From Neoechinorhynchus agilis (lineage: Eukaryota; Animalia; Acanthocephala), in the NCBI GenBank assembly GCA_051530055.1, contig CM121341.1, positions 744,001-808,000 on the forward strand: 64,000 nucleotides of DNA, read 5' to 3'. A program made the position numbers and the translations under genes. Each line of letters opens with the position of its first letter. Position 1 is the first letter of the stretch. Below are positions 13,988-25,859 of this stretch, piece by piece. The notes beneath the pieces are model-generated. The model worked only from the letters and a program-made list of their open reading frames with translations, did no database searches and was not told the origin of the DNA.

Positions 13988-15115
13988 ATGCCATCAGCTG
14001 GAAGTTATATGGTATGGAACATTCGACCGAGTTCGTCCACTTCTTCATTCTCAAGGACACTCGCTACTAAATACGCAGCGAAACATCCCGACCGTACAAT
14101 CGTACTGATCGACCTCAACTCAAATGCCGAAGTGTCAGCTTCCATTCTGGGCAGTGATAATTTTAGAGGAATCTTGGAGATGAAAACGTTCCCTATAACA
14201 ATGCAGCAACCCGATTCCCAGTCACTAACTTGTGTTCCACGGACAATTCTCGGTTATCTTGACCTTTACACAAGTATGTCTCCGCTGTCGGCACCGGCCG
14301 CGTGCCCACAATCCACTCCAGGAATCGACGAAAGGAATTTCCTCGTCAATGCATCAAAATTCAACGATTCATGTCCTCGTAGGCCGATTATCTTTACCTG
14401 AGAGTGGGTTTTGTAAAGATCTAATCGCTATAATTTGTATTTAATAGTGGGTGATCCAGCAATAGATACCATCACTGCTGCTCTGGAATCTAAGCGCAAC
14501 ACTCAAGCGATCACTAGTCATACGAATACATGGCGATCAATCACATGTGCCGTACGATCTCTAATTTGTAAAATTGGACGAAGACGAGGTATTCGCTTGG
14601 TTGTTTTCATTGATACGGACCATAACTTATCTTCTCTATGCACACAAATGGCACTCGCGGCTGTAGAACGCATATTAGTGATCGGAGTTGATCTCCTTAA
14701 ACCATCAAGTATCGATTCCTTACTGACCCATATTAGTCTTGCTGATGAAAAGTCTTGGAATGAACTGAGAACACCACTGATTAAGAAACACATGAAATGG
14801 AGTTTCTGGCAGCAGGCCAGATCCAATCATTTGACGCTTCCTAAAATCCACCTAATCGTAATCGAAGGTGAACATAACAAAGACGAATTCAAGCGACTTT
14901 ACCGCGTGTATGCCACCGGCTCAAATCCACTATTTCAGTATGGAGAGAATGGAGAAGTCGAAAACGTTAATGCGTTCAAGGATGCGATCATAATCAGTGT
15001 AGATCCTGATGCACCACCGAACGGCCCAGTGCCACTGGTTCAATACAATAATAGTTTGCTCAAAGTGGATGCCATCAATGACTTAGTACTTAGGATTTTG
15101 CCAAAGATTGCCTAA
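13988..15115 (+). CDS. Bacterial-type ParA/Soj (MinD-ParA) family protein with degenerate Walker A; two exons
   Basis: YMVWN...KYAAKHPDRTIVLIDL...ILG, RTILGYL, NLYLIVGDP, TNTW and VVFIDT...CTQMALAAVERIL follow the motif order of bacterial ParA proteins. The two same-frame ORFs are separated by stops at 14399 and 14414, inside a candidate intron (GC-AG 14383-14418 or GT-AG 14379-14447). Confidence 0.75.
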
Positions 15116-18100
15116 AGACCATGTAGATACAAAGTGATCTGTACAAATAAATTATTGCGTTTCAATCTTAGGACTATTTGAAAATATATTTTCTCTTCTT
15201 GTAAAACTTGTGTGTGTGTGTTGTAAGTTACTCTTACTGGTTTCAACTGCGAAACTTTGTAGAATTTTGGTTTGGCGAGCTGAAATTTTTAATAAAAATA
15301 TCAATACAAAACTGCTATGTGTTCTTTTGAAAATTCGGCCTCTCTACATTGTCTAACAGCTCTATTAATTTACTCCGTTTAAAAAATAAAAGGACGACAT
15401 GATTCGAGTTGCACTTAGGCGAATAAGCTTAAAATATGAAAATATTCATATAGTAAGTCAACTTAGGGAGCTGGAAATTTCGAACAAATTGTGTAATAGT
15501 AATATTTTTGCAATTAATTGTAAGCTCCTGGTTTAAGTAAAGCAGCAGGCTTAAAATTGCGAATGTTTACCATAAAGACTTAAATAAGAAGAATTAAGCG
15601 TGTTTTAAAGAACATTTTTCAAGGATAAAATGGAACTGTTAAAAAGAAACATCGCTGTATACACTTTCACTTAAATTTTGACTACATGGGTAGAATCAGA
15701 AATGTGATTCGGGCAATCAATGAAACCCTATGAACAATAAAACCAATTTTAGCACCGACCATTGCTTAAATTCAATTAATGTTATTAACATTTTGATGCA
15801 AATTGAGAATATTAGAAATTGTATACGTGTTCTCCGGCGTAAAATTCGAATTGAACGCAACCCCATAAAGTGCCAAATATTCCAATTTGATTGATTCCAA
15901 TATGTTTTTCTCACTTTTATAAAGCAATAAATCAGGATAATCACTTGCATTTCCTTATAAAAATTAAAAAAAGTCTTAAATCTGTACAGCCATTGGGTAG
16001 CGCTTATGAACGAACGCCGCCTTTTTAACAACTTATAAAAATAAAAAATTTAGTCACTAATGAAACCCAAAAACCTGGATTCACCGCACATATAAGCGAT
16101 TATCTTTTCGTGAATCGTCGCACTTTATTTTGCTTCTTTAAATATAATCATTAAAATTCTTTTCCATGAAAATTGTCAAATAAAGAATTTAAGACTGCTG
16201 ATAATTTTTAAATAAGTTTCTGAATGTGGAATTAAGTAAAACGTTTTTCTCTCTCGAATTTGCACAGTCTCAAACGATGTTAAAGTTCATCTTGTAAAAT
16301 TTAAAACGCCGCAGTGTTTTTCCTTTTTGAAGATTTGCTGATCAGACATTATCTCGAATCAACCTTGGACTCAGGATCCTGTCTATTCGATGGATCTCTA
16401 GCAATCGGACCTTTTCAACAAAAGGGTATTTATTATGCAACCTCATTTAACAGAGTATTATAACCAAAGCATCATGTATTAAATAGAAGTGTAGAGGATT
16501 CCGTCTAAAAATACTCACTTGTCGCCTTTGTTGTCATATTATGACCAAATTATTTGAATAAACTTTTGGATCAAACTAATCGGCCTCTACTTAATACCCT
16601 TAAAATTAGAGTTGATCTCCGCGTTGAAAGTCTAGTCGTGTAGATGTTTTATCAACTAAACGCTAATTCCTAATTTTTCAAATAGATTTTTAAATTGTTA
16701 AGCATTGCATTCGGTGATTAGATATGTTATTATTTAAATCGATCATGAACATCCGAATGGGATTATTAGAGTAGAATGTAAAATTCGACTGATTGGAACC
16801 CAGGGAGGTATGTTTTCGCCTACGGTGTTGACGATCCCGGCTTCTCGAGTATCAATCAGTCGAAATATATACTTTGACTCTTTCTATGATCGACCAAAAT
16901 GATAACAAATTTTTTAAACTAAAAAATGGTTTTTAAGTAGACGAAATAAAGAACGTGGGACTTCTTCAGAATCGCTTGAAAGTATTCTCAAGTGTGTTTT
17001 TCGGGCAATTCCGAAGTCCCACGTCGAAGACGAAATATTAAATCAATTCTCTTCACTTCGCCTTGACTAAAATAATCTATTGATAGTATCTTTACAAACG
17101 TGAACATCGCGAGAACCAACCGAAAAAGGATCAAAAATAGCTCAGGGTTGTTTTGATTGTCCTTACGTATTGAAATCCACGAAGGCAATATCTGACATGT
17201 ATCTCCTACCTTATCAGATAAGCCAATATTCAATATCTCAAAAAAACAAGGTCCTACAGATAGTCGACATTAACATATAGGAAATCTGTGTACTCAAACA
17301 CCGTGTTTTTGTCTGCTCAGAATGTCGACTGCTTCAAGTGCGTTCATTGCTACTGAATGCCACGGTGTACATTGTAGTCACGAGTCCGAAGACAAGCTGT
17401 TTGGCATTTACAGGATCAATGTGCGCACATGATGCTTCCATCTGAGGATCCTCAGACATGAGACATTCCCGTCTGTAGTTTGTGTCCCAATTTTTTACGT
17501 TTAAACCTAGTTTCTCTAAAACTATGTCGACGAATAAAACGATTTGACGGTCTGAAAACCTTTAATATTTAAGGGTAACCAATTACTTATTTTCCTCTAT
17601 AACGCATGTAGTGTTTTGGTTTCCGTATTTTTCTAGCTGGGCTCCACTTGTCTATAAGGTATCATATGAAAAGCTAGAGGGAACGTTATCGAGGTCGTAT
17701 CATTGTCTGACATTAACGCATTTGCACTCGCAGCAGCCACTGCCATGTTTATGGCAGTTTAGGCTCTTTATCAATGTCTCGACCTCAGTGTAGTGATACG
17801 ACACTCATTTACCTTTTTATCAGAACTATTTTTTAGCAATAAATCATTCAAAGAAGCAATTTAGGTGGTAACTTGATCAACGGGTATTTTTATGGGGAAA
17901 GACGAAGCAAAAGATCTACGGTACACGTGCATATGGTTCACTATATTTCAGGATGTGGGAACTCAGCTAAGCTCCCCCCTCGTAGATTTATGCACACTTC
18001 CGCACTACTTTATTTAAACTCCCAACAAGTTCCCGTCTTCTTTTTAACAGCGAACGATTTATGTAGTCATCGCCGTCGAAGCCAAGAGCAATCCACGGAG

Positions 18101-18249
18101 AGTGTTGACTCTACACAGCGAGTGATCTCTTACTCCCCCCACGAGTGTTTCTACAAAAACACCTTTATCTCGAGAAAATCTCGTTCGGTTTTAGGTTCCC
18201 ATTATTCGTACACACGAGAGCGAGCGAGCGGACACATACATAAAACGAA

Positions 18250-18834
18250 ATGGATAGCCATGATGAGTACCGAAGAACGAAACGAGCTGAACGTGAGCGA
18301 AAAAGAAAGGAGGCCCGCGAAGCAGCTGAAAAAAAGAAGAGATTTGGATTGACACCGGAAAAAAAGCGTAGATTGCGCCAGCTAATCAGACAAAAGGCTA
18401 GTGAAGATCTAAAATTGGAAGCATCTGTCAGAGCTAAGAAAAAAGTTGCGTATCTCGAACAGAAAGTTATACCTTTACAAGAAGATATCGATTCCTTGTC
18501 TGAATCGGACTTAAAGGATATCTGTCGTGATCTTCACAACCAATTATCTCAATGCGAATCCGACAAATATGACATTGAGTTCAAAATTCGTGGAAATGAT
18601 TACGAAATCAATGAATTGACAGTAAAAGTGAACGATATCAAAGGAAAGTTTATAAAGCCAACTCTTAATAAGGTGTCGCAAGTTGAAGGAAAAATGCAGA
18701 AGATATGGAAAAAGGAGAAACATGAAGATTTTAGAGAGAATCTTAAATCAACCGGAATTAACAAGTTTGCACTTGATGAAAACGCAGAAAAGGAAAAGGT
18801 TGATTTTAGAGGACAACTTAAATCTACCACTTAA
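18250..18834 (+). CDS. TnI: Troponin I (protostome type), single exon, 194 aa
   Basis: LTPEKKRRLRQLIRQKA, DKYDIEFKIRGNDYEINELTVKVNDIKGKFIKPTLNKV and DFRENLK are troponin I signatures. Confidence 0.92.
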   Translation: MDSHDEYRRTKRAERERKRKEAREAAEKKKRFGLTPEKKRRLRQLIRQKASEDLKLEASVRAKKKVAYLEQKVIPLQEDIDSLSESDLKDICRDLHNQLSQCESDKYDIEFKIRGNDYEINELTVKVNDIKGKFIKPTLNKVSQVEGKMQKIWKKEKHEDFRENLKSTGINKFALDENAEKEKVDFRGQLKSTT

Positions 18835-19532
18835 ACGAAGCGTAGTGTTTCCGTAATGTGGCATGTTCAAACCCAACTTTAGTCAAGAACACGATATTTA
18901 GTGAGGGAAAGTTGGCTTAGCGCACAATATGGAGATATGTTAGATTCATTTACTTAGCCAGACCACATCAATCTTCTTCTTTGATACATTATACGATGAA
19001 ATATGATACTACTCCTTGATCTCTAAATGCATTGAGCAATTACGTTCTTCCCTTACTATATACACCACCCGGTGAGGATTATCGACTTTTAGATTCTTAA
19101 TCAAGAACCGAAATATTCATTTTTTTTAAGATTTTGCTCTACCAGCCTTAAAAGGCACCCGCAACTTTTTAAATGCGGCCAGTGGAAGTTCAATATTGGG
19201 GGGAGAAACCTGCCGAAGTCAACAACGAGCTAAACGTTGGCTAAATCATTACTTTTTGCGAAAACCACGACCTATAATCAGAAATTTTGTATCCCCAAGT
19301 TCAAATCGTTATGTTAATGAGGGCGAAATCTATTCCATGAACTAGACAGAGCATCCTATCAACAGTTTGATAAACTGAACTAGAATTCGCACCTATTAGG
19401 CGATGCGAATTTGTAACCGAACCAAAGAATGATGTTCTGTTTCTTCATGTTTATCAGCGTATTCGGCGATCTATTTTTGTTCATGATACGAACAATAATG
19501 AAATCAACGGCAATACATTTCAAAATTTCATA

Positions 19533-22500
19533 CTAAAATAATTTATTTAAGTGCACACGAAAACGCCTTTCCGACAAAATCAACGTTTGTTTCAAAGTCT
19601 TTGATTAATCGATCAAATTCCCTATTTTTAGAATATCATAATTTTTAATGAATAGAATTTTAACTTACTCTGATTTAGAATGATCCACAAAATTCGGTAT
19701 TTTTGCAACAACATGATGCTGGAATTTTGCTCTATTTTTCAAGAATTTCTATTGGCTTTTATGCTAATGAAAAATACCTTGTGTCATCAGTGAACCAATC
19801 ACCAAAGAGATTGTAAATTGCAGTCGCATCAAGTGCAGCAATAAAACTTCCGGATGGCGAAAATCGATTGATTGTCGAGTAGAGAGTGAACACTTTCGAA
19901 CAAATCGCGTTAATTGTCTCCGATATTAATCTTTTGATCAATGCATCGGAAATACTTGCGATCTTTTACGAATGCAACAATTTAAAAAAGAACGTCGTTT
20001 AACACTTACCTCGTATTCAATCAGCGATAATTTGTTTAGAATTGAGTAAATGTACGATCTAACACCTATTTAGAATTTTTATAAAGAAAAAACGGGTTAC
20101 GATATAAAAAGCAGGTAAATTTTTGGTTGTAGCTTTAATCCAAAGCTAGCTTTACATTGCGAACAAGAAAATGATTCTGGTTTAAAAAATAGAAATATTG
20201 CTTAGTATACCGATGTTTTATCAAAAAACCAAAGGGAACCGGGAAGTACTAACCTATCAAAGGCAAGTCATCTGACCAATCAAAAGATCCATTGGCCCAC
20301 ATTTCTTTTTGAATTTCATCAACGTAGGCGTTAACGACCTTCTCCACGAACGCCTGACAAACCTTCGCGCATGCGTCTTCAAAAAGATTAGCACTTTCCT
20401 AAGTTAAAACTGTATGCTATTCAAATGTTGTACGGTTAATTAACCTTAACAATCCGCTTGGGATCCTTAAATCCAAGAGCAGCTATTGAATGTTCTACTT
20501 TAGGCAAAACAGTGTCCTGAGTGTATTCCAAATTGGTATAAAGGATTACGCAACGTCGTACTAATTCTCGCCTCGGGCAGTGCCTAAAATGATCGCTTTA
20601 TTTTTTTAAACTAAAATGACCATCTTACGACTCTCCAACATTCAGCGTAATTTGCTCAAATGCAGAGAAGTATCCGGCGATTACACCGAACAACAAAAGC
20701 TGGCACGACTTATTGGTTCTTCGATCAGTTAATAACTACGGAAATAAAATCAAAAGTACTAACGATATGTGATACGTACGTCTTTTTCCTTGTATCCCTT
20801 GTCGTGAGCAAAACAATATCGAAGAGCTGTTCTAAGTGCTCGTCTGTACAATTCCACGAACAAATCGGGAATATAAGTTTGGACGTTACTGACTGTCCAA
20901 TCTACTTTTTTGTACAAATTCGCGGTCTCTGTAAACAATAGGCGATTTTTTATGATGGCTTGTTTGAGGTGTCTCAAACCGTAAGCTGCGTGAAGTAATA
21001 TTACGCTCAAGCATTGAACACGAAGGTCTGTTATGAACGAGATCTACAGATCCCGAAGGTTAAACAACAAAAAAGTCATTGATTTCAAGGAAATGTAATT
21101 TTTGAAAAGAAGAAATTAAAATTTGTTTTCTCCGAAATATTTGCTTCCATGACAAATAACGAATTATATTTTTATAGTTGCTCAACGCTACTTCTCACAC
21201 TACTGCTCCATGTACCGAAAAATAATTGTCGTATATAATTCAGATAATTTTAAAATTACTCATTGCTCGCAAATTTGAATTTGCAATAAAAAGTATCTTT
21301 TAAATTTAAAGATTTTTTCGTTGCAAAAAAGTTTGGGACGGTTAGTTTCAAAATGATTTCAAAATACGCACACCGATTTCGTAGTATTGTTCAAAAGTTG
21401 CCCTAACAATTGGTTCAAGTAGTCAGAAGCGAACAATAAAGTCAATGCGTTAGATATTAAATTACGGCTATTTCAATGCTACCACTGAGAACGAATGCAA
21501 AAATATTATCCAACCCGAAAAAGGACTGCAAATGCGGTTCTAAAAGTTCCATGAGAGCACTTCGTCCCTTCGAAGGGATATCCAGCACATTTATCCCACG
21601 AATGGTGTACCTGTCCGATGAATTAATTATAAATTCTAAAAATTTCATGACGTCTCATACTTATATCGAGTGATAATTTCGGGCAGAAGTGCAAGCCGAT
21701 AAGTGAGGAGCTCTCCCTTCTCCAGAAGATTGGTTCCATATAATGCTACATCGACGGTTTGTTCCTCATTAAGGACGAGTTTCCTTATACACGCCACAAA
21801 GGTGTTGCAGCACCTAGTCATAACCTAAATGCAAGGATTTTGTATATAATAAACGATAACGTTCAATACATCTCCAACAAATGAAAGGCGCTCTTGTTCT
21901 GTTTTCAGTGTATTTGAGGATGTACTGAGCTGCCCTCGGACGTACAGACTTGAAATATCCCAAAGCTCTTTCAGGAAATCAAGAAGCTTGTTCGAAAGTT
22001 TATCAATCGCTTCAAAAATCTTCCCAATATTGTCATGATCTTGTGATTCTATCGTAAGGTAGCATTAAATAATTTTGTACGTAAAAGCCTACCAGCTAAA
22101 TAATCATAGTCTCCTCTTGTCACTTCAAGCTGCTCCATGATCCAGTCAGCTTCCTTGGATATGCATTCACCTGCTAAATCTCTAGTCGGCTCTTCGCGGT
22201 TCAACGATTCAAGATGACGAATAATATCCCGTTGATCTTCGAGTGATTGAGGAAACACAAATAGGCTATTTTCTAATTTGCTCATCATCAATTGAATCTC
22301 TTTCTCAACTTCATTCATTGCTTGTATTGAAGCATAAGCTTTATTTTGAAGAATGGTGATTTAAAGATTACCTGAACTTAGGATCTTGATATCTGTTGTG
22401 TCGAAAAGCGATTTGGCTCGGACGTAGTCATTGATCGCTCGACCGAATTCACCCTGAGAAATAATTGGACATAGGAAACGAAATGGCAGCGTATTAGATA

Positions 22501-24878
22501 AGTGACCATTAATATGCTGAATTCCCAAATTGTAGTTTTCAGAACACTTTAAAATAAATCTCGCAGTAGCTTCCTTTAATTTTTATGCGAAAATAAATAG
22601 AAGCCAACTAAAAACGAGCTGGACTCCACGAGGAAGTGTTTAAAAATCGCAGTATTTAAAAATGTGGTTCTTTGTTTGGTAATAATAATAATAATAAAAT
22701 TTTGATAAATTCAAATAGCGAAAGTATATAAAATAAACAGAGCCGAACAAGGGCTGAAGAAATAAACTCTCTTAACTGAAACACGGAATAAAACTGCTAA
22801 TATTCAATGACCTTAGAATTTTATATCAATTTGAAGTGAACCACGTAAACTATAAATATTTCTAACACAAGAAACCTCTCATTCGGAATAAGTAGCATCC
22901 TAAGAAAACAATTAAATCTGTATAGGCCAAATTATACTTTAAAAACGGACCTTCTCTGTATATTTTTTTATCTTCTGTGGCAAAAGAAATAAAAACTTGA
23001 ACCGTTCCATGACGCTCATACAATCTCGTATCAAATCCGCGTCTGATTTTCGTTTTAAATCGCTGTCATACATGTGATGGGCTCGCCGTAGGACATCTAA
23101 AGTTCTCTTCAAAATAAATTCTTTTCGCACAAGATACCAACCGTCGACTTTCTGCATAGCTTGTTTTATATAATAGGTCGAACCTTTTGTAACAATCTGA
23201 TCTCGCATTTCTACGATAAGAAAGTGTAAATTCGACACGAATTCGTTTGGATGAGTACCTTGAATAATATCGACGGCATCAAAGAATGCTACAATGTTTG
23301 TCTTTACCAACGCGGCTGAACTATTATCTCTCGTTTCAGTCATTTTCAAATGCTTTAGACCGTTCTTTAAATCGGCAAGGCTAAAAAAGAATTCTTAAAT
23401 GAACAGAAATTTCAATCGATTTGTTTTAAAGAATTAATATTCAATGCCGTGTTTCGAAGTTTATGTTTCAGCAATAAATATTTTATTCACAAAGGATGCC
23501 TCGCTAGCTCCAATTTCGCGGACGGTGGTGATTGCACGTTTTGTGCTTTATTATTAATTAACAAAAAATGTTTTCAGTTAAAAAAATTTAAAAAAAAGTT
23601 AAGCATTCCATTTTATTAAGTATCTATGTGCGGCCTTTTTCCACGGCGGATAATTTTTCTTGGGCACACAGCCCACCGATCTGGTTCAGGGAAGCGCATA
23701 AAATCACACTTAATACCCTGAACATTCGGTTATGAGTTTACACATTCCTCCGGATCCTCAGATACCTCCAGGAGGCGGTATTCATCAGTGAGTTTCCTCC
23801 CTTCAGCGGTATTTCGTCTCCTTTGGTTGTGCGTCATCGGCAGTGACGGATTCGAACCCGTTGACCCTTCGTCGGGATCACGGGCATTAGTTCACTTGAC
23901 CACCTCGACACAACTGCGCAATGTTCAAACTCTGGCATTTTTTATTTGTTAATTCAAGGCCAGTTTTTTTCTATTTTTTGAAGACTGGTCAGCGCCCAAT
24001 GAAAATTATCAGCCGGATACTTAATGAAAAAGTTACCGGCTGGCCAGTCTTCAAAAAATAGAAAAAACATTCCATTTTAGTTTAGTTGCAAAAGACGAAT
24101 AAAACACACAAAGCTGACCATTTCAGCTAACCTCGCATTGGACTTTGTCTGTGTCAGATATTTGATTGGATTAAAGTCTGATTTTGTAACGTCGCACCCA
24201 TCACCTTTGAAAGAGCATACAAAATGCCCAAGTCCAACAAAAATACTGACTTTCATCGTACATATCGACAACAGTGGATGTTTTCCCCATGATAGTAAGT
24301 GAACGCCTCCGGTTAATCGTTGAAGGCATTCCAAGGACATCTTGGATACACGAACCACTGGACACGGTGCTGCTCACCAACCCTACAACTGTTGGAATAT
24401 CTTCATCGATCCAGTATGCAGTTTCCTGTAAGGCTCCTACACAATTGCCAATAGAAGATTTAGTTCAGAAACACACCCACACACTCTGAAACTTGCCCAC
24501 TTTATCAAATCTGCCGGTAAATCCAACAAGAGACGAACCAAGTCCACCCGATCGCGTCCGGATTATCACATCGCCTTTACCGACGCAACGACCAGTTCGA
24601 ACCACCAATTTCCGGTCGGATATATGGTTAAGGGTACTAACACATTCGATGCCACAAATCTTAATGCCTTTAAGAATTAAGACACAAAAAGTTTTCATGT
24701 TTTCTGTTTAATTACTTGTTATATCCGATGAATTTATTCCAAGATTTTCGCCTCGGATGGTTACTTTTGTACCTGGAATACCATCACGGGGGCTCACACC
24801 AGTCACAAGCGGAGCGCTGTTTGCTGGTTGAGCTGAAAATGGATTGAGACGATCCGTAGATGCATCCATTTCAGTCAT
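19533..24878 (-). CDS. EXOC2: Exocyst complex component 2 (Sec5), multi-exon
   Basis: N-terminal IPT domain [25 protein letters not shown] and [15 protein letters not shown]; [24 protein letters not shown]|[17 protein letters not shown]; [20 protein letters not shown] at 24878, stop at 19533-19535. Internal exon boundaries were not all resolved. Confidence 0.9.
23700..23909 (-). mobile_element. tRNA-derived SINE copy in EXOC2 intron
   Basis: Minus strand has an A-box-like TGGTCAAGTGA (23892-23902) and a B-box GGTTCGAATCC (23848-23858), with no proper acceptor stem. The body gatgac...gacgaaatacc...gaagggaggaaactcactgatg recurs at 56865-56985. Confidence 0.65.
23964..24067. mobile_element. Small MITE-like inverted repeat
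   Basis: ttttctattttttgaagactggtcagc pairs with gctggccagtcttcaaaaaatagaaaa. Confidence 0.6.
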
Positions 24879-25450
24879 TCTGTCTGCAAGAGAACGAGAT
24901 ATTGATCAGTTTCGGAAGTTAGACATATGCGAAAATTTCAAAAAGTGATCATGTGCTAAGCGGTAGTAAAATCTAAGCAACAAAAAAATTAATTCACTAG
25001 AGTATCTAATTTAGACAAGGACTGAAAAATCGTAATAGATCAATTCTATACTCCTCAGATTAATATTCGTCATAGAATTCTATGTAACTTTAAACTCGAG
25101 ATAACTTTAGAGGCGAAAAGACATATATGAAACAATTTCACTCTTCAAAATTAGTGTACGAAACAAGGTATTTGACAAATACAACAACATTCCCAGAAGA
25201 AGACCGATGGAAATCTAAACCTTGGATACAGAATCACGATAACAAAAGTCCCAATAGGACAAACCACATATTTAATAAAGCAAAATCGATCAGTTGCAAC
25301 TCTCGAGGATCGAGTTGAAATCGAACTGACTCAAAGAAGCTTTTCAGTCTCAAGAATACGATGTCTTTACCCTCACCTTTTTGGACCATGTTGAAAACCG
25401 AAACATTTTCTTTGAACCCGCAATGTGCAATTTTAATTTGGAATGATTGA

Positions 25451-25604
25451 TTAGAAGTCTTCACCCGCGGTAACTGATTATTTATTAACGACGTTTCGAA
25501 CCTCGCCGGGAGCGTCTATTACTAACTAACAAACTGATGATGAACCAGAAGAGATTCGAAACGTCTTTAATAAATAATCATTTACCGCGGGTGTAGACTT
25601 CTAA
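25451..25604. mobile_element. MITE-like palindrome; family also seen near 9465-9510, 44915-44995 and 59740-60240
   Basis: ttagaagtcttcacccgcggtaactgattatttattaacgacgtttcgaa pairs with ttcgaaacgtctttaataaataatcatttaccgcgggtgtagacttctaa. Confidence 0.65.
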
Positions 25605-25859
25605 ACAACAATTTTTGATGAAAATCCAGGATCGAAAACATTTTATTGAATTGAGATATTTCGCGACGAAGCCTCATCAGACATCTAAAAATATTTTATT
25701 AAAATGCCATGCAACTCAAGGGGTACGAGCAGGCATTCGGCCACCAAACGTCGGAAATGACGATCCCGCGAACCCGAGCCATACAATCTTTTAGATGGGC
25801 GATAACGCGAGGTTTCCTTTAGAAATATATCAATAAAAATTGGTTATCCGAAATTATAA

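Noticed and set aside
13988-15115. Bacterial contamination as the source of the ParA-like gene
   Set aside because: It is embedded among host-type AT-rich DNA, has an intron-like interruption, and has no neighbouring bacterial genes such as parB. Read-level confirmation is still needed.
17873-18352. 159-aa ORF overlapping the troponin I start
   Set aside because: TTG start, different frame from troponin I, no recognisable motif; probably promoter and UTR sequence.
18850-19450. LTR-retrotransposon RT relic downstream of troponin I
   Set aside because: Only vague YxDD-like resemblance in stop-ridden frames.
23837-23909. Functional tRNA gene
   Set aside because: A and B boxes are present, but the acceptor and anticodon stems do not pair properly and the downstream body is shared with another copy. 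It is better explained as a SINE head.
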